Below are positions 57,020 to 64,000 of a stretch of DNA of 64,000 nt, piece after piece (within the stretch, counting starts at the first letter, position 1; each line of letters starts with the position of its first letter). Source of the stretch: an uncultured Acidobacteriota bacterium (lineage in GTDB: Bacteria > Acidobacteriota > Terriglobia > Terriglobales > Acidobacteriaceae). Below the pieces are notes generated by a model. The model saw nothing but the letters and a program-made list of their open reading frames with translations, ran no database searches and was not told where the DNA came from. Made by a program: the position numbers and the translations under genes. Location: contig CAWDFM010000004.1 in the NCBI GenBank assembly GCA_963801615.1, forward strand, positions 58,167 through 122,166, read 5' to 3'.

Positions 57020-58621
57020 ATGAGGAAGATGTCATCAATCTATCTCTCCCTAGTTCTGGTCGTGGTTGCGACCGTCGCCGCAAGCGGCCAGTCGTTCCAG
57101 GTCCAGTGTCCAACCAGCACGATCACCCACCCGTCGGCACTCCACGACAACAATTCGGAACCTGCCTATACCGCTCCGACGACTCTTGCCACAGGCGCCG
57201 CTGGATATCTGGCGCCGACAGCGAACGTGAACGGCGCGATCAAGTGCCAGCAGATTTCGGGCGGCGACGGTTTCGCGTCGATGGGCGACGGCACCCAGAC
57301 GTATCTGTTTGCCTTCGGTCCTCTGTCGGGATTGGCAGACATGTCGAAAGGGCTGCCCGGCACACAGTTCCCGGACGTATTCAATACGGTCGCGCCTCCG
57401 TTGTTGCCCGGTGATCCGGCCACGTCTGACGGCGCACGTCAGTCCCCGTATTCCTTCGGTGACCCCTCGTTGTTCACTTATAACGGCGCCGTCGGACTGG
57501 CTCCTGACTTGGACGCCATCGCGGCTGGTTCTTGCACCGCTCCATGCCTCGATGGGCACGTCGATCCGCGGCCGATCATGGATGTTGGCGTCATGAATGG
57601 CAACATACCGGCGCCTCTGATGGCGATTGATGAAGATGACGAGTTCTTCCTTACTCTGTCGAACGTCGGCCAAGTTATGCGCCCGGACCTGTTCGAGCAG
57701 CACACGGTTCACTTTCATGGCTATCCCAATGCTTCCGCCTTCTATGACGGCGTGCCGGACGCTTCGGTCGCCATTAACATCGGGGGCAGCTTCACCTATT
57801 ACTATCTGGCGCCCGATGCGGGCACGTACTTCTGGCACTGCCACATCACGCCCCCAGAGCACTTACAGATGGGCATGGTGGGCCAGCTTTATGTGCGGCC
57901 GCGTCAGAATCGAGTCCCAGGCACTACGAGGCTTTATGCCGCACTCCAGCAACAGCAACTGGATCCGCGCACGAAATGCGATTCCACTGACATCCTCTGC
58001 AGCAATCCACTGCCGGCGGTGGATACAGGTGCGACAGGGGGGGCCAAGTACGCCTACAACGATGGCGACGGCACGACCAGATACGACGTCGAGTATCCCC
58101 TCCAGATCCACGGCTTCGATCCAAATTTCCACTTTGTCGGCATGACTTTCAATCCGGAAGGCTTTACGGAGATGAAGGACAAGTACTTCTTGCTGAACGG
58201 CCGCAGTTATCCCGACACCGTGCATGAAGGGCCGCTGGCGACGCAGACGACGGATGGCTCCTTGCATTACGCGCAGCCGATGTCTGCGATCATCAACATT
58301 CCGGCCGGTGGAAGGGCGCTCCTGCGCATTGCGGACCTGGACGTCACGGAATATCAGACGCTGGCCTCGCTGGGCATCCCGATGCAGGTAATCGCGCTCA
58401 ATGCCAAGCTGCTGCGCGACCAGTCGGGAAACAACCTCTATTACAACACCAACTCGATCACGTTGGCGGGCGGCGAATCACTCGACGTGATTCTGGATGC
58501 CAGCGACAAAGACAAGTATCCCTCCGGTAGCGTGTTTTATCTCTACACCCCCAATCTTGACCACTTGTCGAACGATGCCGAGAACTTCGGTGGCCTGATG
58601 ACCGAAGTCCGGATCAATTAG
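57020..58621 (+). CDS. multicopper-oxidase-like subunit A: T1 site plus half of the trinuclear-cluster ligands in its first cupredoxin domain
   Basis: Signal peptide MRKMSSIYLSLVLVVVATVAASGQ. Motifs HTVHFHG (H-x-x-H-x-H) and WHCHITPPEHLQMGM (H-C-H...H...M). The second cupredoxin domain has no ligand motifs. aggagg RBS. Confidence 0.85.
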   Translation: MRKMSSIYLSLVLVVVATVAASGQSFQVQCPTSTITHPSALHDNNSEPAYTAPTTLATGAAGYLAPTANVNGAIKCQQISGGDGFASMGDGTQTYLFAFGPLSGLADMSKGLPGTQFPDVFNTVAPPLLPGDPATSDGARQSPYSFGDPSLFTYNGAVGLAPDLDAIAAGSCTAPCLDGHVDPRPIMDVGVMNGNIPAPLMAIDEDDEFFLTLSNVGQVMRPDLFEQHTVHFHGYPNASAFYDGVPDASVAINIGGSFTYYYLAPDAGTYFWHCHITPPEHLQMGMVGQLYVRPRQNRVPGTTRLYAALQQQQLDPRTKCDSTDILCSNPLPAVDTGATGGAKYAYNDGDGTTRYDVEYPLQIHGFDPNFHFVGMTFNPEGFTEMKDKYFLLNGRSYPDTVHEGPLATQTTDGSLHYAQPMSAIINIPAGGRALLRIADLDVTEYQTLASLGIPMQVIALNAKLLRDQSGNNLYYNTNSITLAGGESLDVILDASDKDKYPSGSVFYLYTPNLDHLSNDAENFGGLMTEVRIN

Positions 58622-58631
58622 GAGCGCAGCA

Positions 58632-60194
58632 ATGAGGGCGATGAACATGAAAAAAGCGATCTCGAAAACACAAGTGCTTCTGGCAACGATGGTGGCAGTG
58701 ACTTGGTTGTTTACTGCCATGGCCCATGCTGCGGTTCCCGGGATAACCGGCCCGACGTTCAACCTGACGGCGCGGCCGGCTTACATCAGCCAGCCCGACG
58801 GATCAGCTGTTTATTCCTGGGGATACGGCTGCAGTGTCGCGCCGAGCGGTTTTGCTCCGGCTCTCACCGGCGCCACGTGCCCAACCATGCAAGTTCCCGG
58901 GCCTACGCTGATCGTCACGCAAGGAGCGACGGTCATCGTAAAGCTCACGAATAATCTGCCCGATGCAGCCGGGAACACATCAATTCTGTTCCCCGGATTT
59001 CAGGTGACCGCAACCGACGGTGTAAATGGGCTGCTGACGCGAGAGGCGGGCCGCGCGACGTCAAACGATACGGTGACCTACACCTTCGTTGCCTCGACTC
59101 CGGGCACACACGCCTACTACAGCGGAACTCAAGGCGACCTGCAGGTCGAGATGGGCTTATATGGGGCAATCATTGTCCTCCCCTCGAGTACCCCGGCCGC
59201 CTGCGATTCGGGAGTGCATGCTTCCAACGGGATGGCGCAGAGCCGCTGGGGCGAAACCGATTTCCGGCTCGCCCACGCAGCGTACAACCACCCGGGAGCT
59301 TGCTACGACCGGGAATACCTCTTCCAGTACTCCGAAATGGATCCCAGGATTCACCGACAAGCCGAAGAGCAGTCCACCAGGGGCTGTACTGGTTGCATGA
59401 ACGTTGCCACCGAGCCTTATGTTCCAGCCTATTTCATGATCAACGGGCGCTCGATGCCGGACCTCATGGATCCAAACTATGCCAGGGAATATCCGCACCA
59501 ACCTTACAACGGCAATCCGCACATGCATCCGGGTGAGTTGACGCTGCTGCGCATCATCGGCACCGGGCGTTGGCAACACCCCTTCCACGAGCACGGCAAC
59601 CACGTACGCATTCTGGCGCGCGATGGCAATTTGATTCTCAGCGCGACCGACGCTAACAGTCTCGCCGGACCTCTGCTGTTCACCACGACTACGACTCCCG
59701 GCCTCACGATGGACGGAATTTACTACTGGACCGGCAAAGGTCTGAACTGGGATCCGTATGGTCACAACGCAGTCTCCGGATCCACCCTGCCTTGCACCCC
59801 GGACGCTAATGGCTACAACACGAGTGCTTACAATGCGATCAATTACTTCGAGTGGTGCCAGGATCACAACAAGCCTTTGCAGACTCATCCGTTCGGCGAC
59901 GTCGCAGGCGGCGGTCCGGCGACTCTGCCTGATCCCAACATCTTGGCGAACGGTCCCTGGTTCGGCGGCAGTCCCTATCTGGGGCCGGAGGCAACGGTGC
60001 GCGCTGTCGGCAACACCGGCACCACGCCGCCGTCCGGCACGGTGGCGAATGCACCTGATGCAGAAGCTGGCTTTGCCTTCATGTGGCACTCGCACAATGA
60101 GCGCGAAATCACCACCAACAACATTTTCCCGGGCGGAATGCTGATGATGATGCTGGTCGATTCCCGGGAATTTGTCATCGACGAGTCCAACTAA
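58632..60194 (+). CDS. multicopper-oxidase-like subunit B: ligand-less first domain; last domain carries H-x-x-H-x-H and H-S-H (no T1 Cys)
   Basis: Signal peptide. The first domain has FPGF and AYYSG where HxHG and WYHSH would be expected. The C-terminal domain has QHPFHEHGNH and FMWHSHNEREI. aggag RBS. Confidence 0.85.
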   Translation: MRAMNMKKAISKTQVLLATMVAVTWLFTAMAHAAVPGITGPTFNLTARPAYISQPDGSAVYSWGYGCSVAPSGFAPALTGATCPTMQVPGPTLIVTQGATVIVKLTNNLPDAAGNTSILFPGFQVTATDGVNGLLTREAGRATSNDTVTYTFVASTPGTHAYYSGTQGDLQVEMGLYGAIIVLPSSTPAACDSGVHASNGMAQSRWGETDFRLAHAAYNHPGACYDREYLFQYSEMDPRIHRQAEEQSTRGCTGCMNVATEPYVPAYFMINGRSMPDLMDPNYAREYPHQPYNGNPHMHPGELTLLRIIGTGRWQHPFHEHGNHVRILARDGNLILSATDANSLAGPLLFTTTTTPGLTMDGIYYWTGKGLNWDPYGHNAVSGSTLPCTPDANGYNTSAYNAINYFEWCQDHNKPLQTHPFGDVAGGGPATLPDPNILANGPWFGGSPYLGPEATVRAVGNTGTTPPSGTVANAPDAEAGFAFMWHSHNEREITTNNIFPGGMLMMMLVDSREFVIDESN

Positions 60195-60219
60195 CTACTG
60201 AGGAACTGAGGAGAGAGCG

Positions 60220-63200
60220 ATGCGATTCAACTGTCCCAAAGCGACTATAAGAACAACGGTACTGGCGGTATTGGTTCTCCTCCTTGGAGCGAGTTGGGCC
60301 GTCGCCCAGCAGCAGATCAATCTGACCGCGGGACCGACCAGCATTACCTTGCCCGATGGCTCGGTGGTCTCGATGTGGGGCTACAGCTGCGGCGCGGTCG
60401 TGACAGGTTCACTTGCGACGTGCGCCAAGTCGAACCCCACGGCGGCCGGCTGGTCGCCCGTGGTGATTACGGTGCCCACGGGGGAGACCCTGCAGGTTAA
60501 ACTCACGAACAGCCTGACGTTCGGCGCCAACGGTGTACCTACTTCGTTGACCATCGTAGGTCAGTTGGGCGGCGGCCTCGGAGCAACGCCGATCCGCACA
60601 GCGAGTCCCGATCACGCTGTGCAAGGCGCCACATGGCCGGTCGCGGACCCCACCACAACGAATACTCCGCCACCCCAGGAGCAACGCGTGCAGTCGTTCT
60701 CCACGGAAGTGGCAGCGGGAGCGACGACCAGTCTGACGTGGACAACGCCTCGCGCTGGCACGTACCTGCTGGAGTCGGGCACGCACCCCTCCATTCAGGG
60801 TCCCATGGGCCTGTACGGCATGGTGGTGGTGACCGACGCCACCACCGGTACTGCGTACCCAGCAGCCGGGACGACACCAGCCGTGACTTACAACGCGGAT
60901 GCATCATTCCTGTTCAGTGAAATCGACCCGGTCCAAAACAACGCGGTCAATACCGCGGTCAATACGGATGGTTTCAGCGAAACCATGGTGTGGTCGGGGC
61001 AAGCAGGCGGTTGCGGCAATCCGAGTTCAGCTACCTATCATCAATGCTATCCGCCGGCCGTGAACTATACGCCGGTCTATTACCTCATCAACGGAGTCGC
61101 TTTCGACAGGACCCATGCTACGACTTCGCTGTTCCCGACCACGCCCGCAACTGGAGTTGCTGGAACCGTGTTGGTGCGCTTGGTGAATGCGGGTTTGCGG
61201 ATGCACATCCCGTCGATTGTTGGCGCGCAAACTGGGACCCCCGCAGTCTCAGGCCTCGGATTGATTGCGGAAGACGGCAACCCCCTCCCCGGCGTTCGCC
61301 GCGTACAAAATGAAGTATTCATGGCCGCGGGCAAGACCTACGATGTGATTTTGAACGTACCGGCCGCCGCCGCGACCGCCCTCCCAATTTTCGATCGGGA
61401 AGGCAGTTTGTCGGGCAACAAGACTGAGCGTGATGCTGGCATGCTGGCCTACATCAGCGTCAACGGCGCGGGACTTCCGGATGGAGTTCCTGGACTCGGG
61501 GCTGTTGCGGAAGCCAATCCGGATACTTATAACGCCTTGCTTTCGGGCAAGACCCTGACGGTATCGGATCCAGCCAAAGGCTTGATTGCGAATGACGTCA
61601 ATGTTTATGGCGTCCATGTCTCAGGCACGGCGCCAGCCGGGCTGGTTCTCAACACGGACGGGACCTTTGCCTATACCGGCCCCACGACTAGCTTTACGTA
61701 TTGCGCGAACAACTCAACAACTGCGTGCGCTCTGGTGACACTGGGCGCGGCGGAGATGGAAGGAGCGTCGGGCATTACCTGCACCGTCCCCACACCTACG
61801 TACACATCGAATGTGGCAACGACTTTGAGCATCAAGCCCCCAGGCGTCCTCGCCTTCTGTAAGGACGCGGCGGGCTATCCTCTGACCGTCGCCGCGTCCC
61901 CCGCTCCCGTTCTTGTTGGCGGATCGGTTGTCATGGACGCGAATGGTGGGTTCAACGCGACCGTTGCTGCCTCGGGCTCGCACGACTTAACTTTTACGCC
62001 CCAGAACTCTCAGGGGACCAATGGGAGCCTAGCGACGGCCACGCTCGTCTTCCCGACGGCCAGTGGTCTTCAGGTAACGCTGGTTGATGGACAAACCAAG
62101 GCTCCACTTTCTTCTCAGGACTACCGTTGGATTATTGAGGAAGACCGCACCTTCTATGTCGACCCCAATTGCCAAACGAACCCCGCGCCAGCGAACTGCT
62201 CTCGAACTCCCCAGGGAACCCCCGCCATATTTGGGACGAACTTCCACACCAGCTACATGCCAGTCGTAGCGCAGGGCTGCATAGGGACGATTTCCTGCGA
62301 AACCGGCCAGACCGTCCTCGGATCGCCCGCGGTGTGCGACATTGGCAACGGCATTTGCCATCCTGGATCAACCAAGGCCGCGCTGGATCCCAGCCAGGTC
62401 GTTCTAGATCCGGCCAAGCACTACTACATCTCCGTCCTGCCGGGCGATGCTATGGACCCGGGACATGCTATGGGCGGCGCTCAGATCGCGAACGCCTGCA
62501 CCCCGGCGCCGCCAGCAACCACGTGCACCGGCACTTTCGCACCCGTAACAGTTCTGGTCGAGCCTGAGAACCAGCCACCAGCTAAGGTCTCGGCGTTCGT
62601 GTTCGAAGACGATCATCCACTCAACGGCGAGCATGATGCCAGCGGCGGAATCGACACCTTGGCGCCCAACGAGCCCGGCCTGGGAGGGTTCAACATCACC
62701 ATCGTGGACCTGGTGGGCATGTCGGGCGACTCTGCCGGACAGATAACCTACGACGAGTTCGGCCAGCCTTTGTCGAACGCGCTGGCGGGAAGCATCGACC
62801 CGGTCACGAAGCTGGACGCGTGCCCGATCACGGCAAATCCGAACACAGGATTTGACGGCGCCACCAGCGATACCGGCATCACCGGCGTAGTCCCGGTCTG
62901 CCCGAAGTACGAGGCGGATGGCGTCACTCTGTCGCCACTGGCGGGGCAGGCAATCGTCGCGAACATGCCCCCCGGGAGGTACGGCATCATAGCCACACCC
63001 GCAGCTGACCGAATTGCGGCCGGCGAGGAATGGCTGCAAACCAACACTCTGGACGGTGGCAAGGATCACGAAGCTTTCATCAAGGCAGGTGAGCCTGCGT
63101 ACTTCCAGGAGTTCGGTCCGGGATCATTCCACGTCTCCATCGGCTTTGCCAATCCGCAGTTCATCAAAGATCAAGGAACTGCGCTTTGCAACGGCCTCGG

Positions 63201-64000
63201 CGCGCCAGCGTGTACCCAGTCTGTGACCGGGGTGGTAACGGGCGCACGCATGAGTCGCCCGTCGGACGAGAGACTGTACGGCAGCGGTTCGCGCGATACC
63301 TTTGGTTACACCCAGTGCTATGCCAGCTTAGGTAGCCCGGATGGCGCTGATATCTCGTTCGCCAAGTGCGATCCTGTCAGCGGGGCGTTTACGTTGAACG
63401 GAGTGCCGGCCGGGGACTGGAGACTTACCATCTTCGACCAGTGGAACGATCAGATCGTCGACGGGATTTCGACCCCGGTCCGCGTGGGCGGCGGCACTAA
63501 CACCACTTTGTGCCACGGGTCGAGTTCCAGTGGCACGACCTGCGACTTGGGAGAAATCGGAGTTCACGGGTGGAAGAACAACCTCTCTACCCGCACATTC
63601 TTTGACCTCAACGGGGATGGCGTATCTCAGGACAGCGAACAGGGTCTGTCACTGGTACCGACCAACATACGGTACCGTGACGGCAGCATCTCCAACCTCA
63701 ACAGCACCGATCTGGAAGGCTTCGCCGGCTTCAACGAAGTCTTTCCAATCTTCAATTGGTACGTGATGGAAACGGATTCGACCCGCTATAAGAACACGGG
63801 GACGCACGTAATCAACGATGCGGGCGGTCCGGTTGACGGTTCCACCGGCCCCTATGGGTGCGGACAAAACGGCTACCCGGCGTGCGGGATTGCCACCTCA
63901 ATGCTGAACATGGCCAGGACCGCTGAGGATTTCTCTGTGCCTTTGGCCCTCCGGGTTCCGGGCGCAAGGTATTGCGCCAATGCAGATTGTCCTACTGGCG
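60220..64000 (+). CDS. very large secreted protein (over 1260 aa, 3' end beyond window): two ligand-less MCO-like cupredoxin domains plus long extension with SdrD-B/Cna-B-like segments
   Basis: Manual translation from ATG 60220 (gaggagagag RBS) stays open to the window end. The N-terminus is paralogous to subunit B (ITLPDGSVVSMWGYSC..., GTYLLESGTHPSIQGPMGLYGMVVV, YYLINGVAFD), with MHIPSIVG in place of HPFHEHG. Later segments read FEDDHPLNGEHDA and FFDLNGDGVSQDSEQG. Confidence 0.8.
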   Translation, partial: MRFNCPKATIRTTVLAVLVLLLGASWAVAQQQINLTAGPTSITLPDGSVVSMWGYSCGAVVTGSLATCAKSNPTAAGWSPVVITVPTGETLQVKLTNSLTFGANGVPTSLTIVGQLGGGLGATPIRTASPDHAVQGATWPVADPTTTNTPPPQEQRVQSFSTEVAAGATTSLTWTTPRAGTYLLESGTHPSIQGPMGLYGMVVVTDATTGTAYPAAGTTPAVTYNADASFLFSEIDPVQNNAVNTAVNTDGFSETMVWSGQAGGCGNPSSATYHQCYPPAVNYTPVYYLINGVAFDRTHATTSLFPTTPATGVAGTVLVRLVNAGLRMHIPSIVGAQTGTPAVSGLGLIAEDGNPLPGVRRVQNEVFMAAGKTYDVILNVPAAAATALPIFDREGSLSGNKTERDAGMLAYISVNGAGLPDGVPGLGAVAEANPDTYNALLSGKTLTVSDPAKGLIANDVNVYGVHVSGTAPAGLVLNTDGTFAYTGPTTSFTYCANNSTTACALVTLGAAEMEGASGITCTVPTPTYTSNVATTLSIKPPGVLAFCKDAAGYPLTVAASPAPVLVGGSVVMDANGGFNATVAASGSHDLTFTPQNSQGTNGSLATATLVFPTASGLQVTLVDGQTKAPLSSQDYRWIIEEDRTFYVDPNCQTNPAPANCSRTPQGTPAIFGTNFHTSYMPVVAQGCIGTISCETGQTVLGSPAVCDIGNGICHPGSTKAALDPSQVVLDPAKHYYISVLPGDAMDPGHAMGGAQIANACTPAPPATTCTGTFAPVTVLVEPENQPPAKVSAFVFEDDHPLNGEHDASGGIDTLAPNEPGLGGFNITIVDLVGMSGDSAGQITYDEFGQPLSNALAGSIDPVTKLDACPITANPNTGFDGATSDTGITGVVPVCPKYEADGVTLSPLAGQAIVANMPPGRYGIIATPAADRIAAGEEWLQTNTLDGGKDHEAFIKAGEPAYFQEFGPGSFHVSIGFANPQFIKDQGTALCNGLGAPACTQSVTGVVTGARMSRPSDERLYGSGSRDTFGYTQCYASLGSPDGADISFAKCDPVSGAFTLNGVPAGDWRLTIFDQWNDQIVDGISTPVRVGGGTNTTLCHGSSSSGTTCDLGEIGVHGWKNNLSTRTFFDLNGDGVSQDSEQGLSLVPTNIRYRDGSISNLNSTDLEGFAGFNEVFPIFNWYVMETDSTRYKNTGTHVINDAGGPVDGSTGPYGCGQNGYPACGIATSMLNMARTAEDFSVPLALRVPGARYCANADCPTG

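Overview
This is a GC-rich bacterial chromosomal segment. The gene content and repeat style look Acidobacteriota-like to me, but I could not verify that. All calls come from reading the six-frame ORF track and the raw sequence; no database searches were run.

**1 to 23 kb: housekeeping genes.**
- MFS transporter (partial)
- DedA-rhodanese fusion
- polyprenyl synthase, YajQ, TatD
- MetRS, a methyltransferase, LarC, ArgRS
- PlpD-like patatin autotransporter
- Zn-ADH, S15 peptidase, M1 aminopeptidase
- HutI and HutU

A family of nested-palindrome REP-like elements sits at gene 3' ends across this block.

**23 to 39.9 kb: an accessory-looking region that is more AT-rich by eye.**
- GH29 fucosidase
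- a secreted protein built from 8 tandem Cys-containing repeats
- an orphan tRNA 3'-end fragment
- many small zinc-ribbon ORFs
- a Crp/Fnr regulator
- a GT4-fusion/GH130 pair
- OmpA-family protein, DUF3309-like protein and Zn-phospholipase-C-like protein
- several hypothetical genes

**39.9 to 64 kb: a metal/redox island.**
- One co-directional gene cluster (39962..48886, with an internal hairpin at 41958..41996) encodes a Cyc2-like fused monoheme cytochrome-porin, an amicyanin-type cupredoxin, a GltD-like FAD/FeS NAD(P)-oxidoreductase, a Rieske protein, a split cytochrome b, an octaheme cytochrome c and a lipoprotein cytochrome c.
- A CusCBA-type efflux operon follows, with a Cys/His/Met-rich small ORF.
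- A decayed Crp paralogue sits beside a perfect TGTGA-N6-TCACA box.
- The last cluster has its multicopper-oxidase copper ligands split between two adjacent polypeptides, followed by a very large ligand-less MCO-like protein that runs off the window.

**Most interesting observations.**
- The NAD(P)-linked Rieske/cytochrome b cluster headed by a Cyc2-like gene.
- The split multicopper oxidase.
- An in-frame TGA in the rhodanese active-site loop, with a SECIS-like hairpin downstream (selenocysteine candidate).

Start codons are often uncertain.
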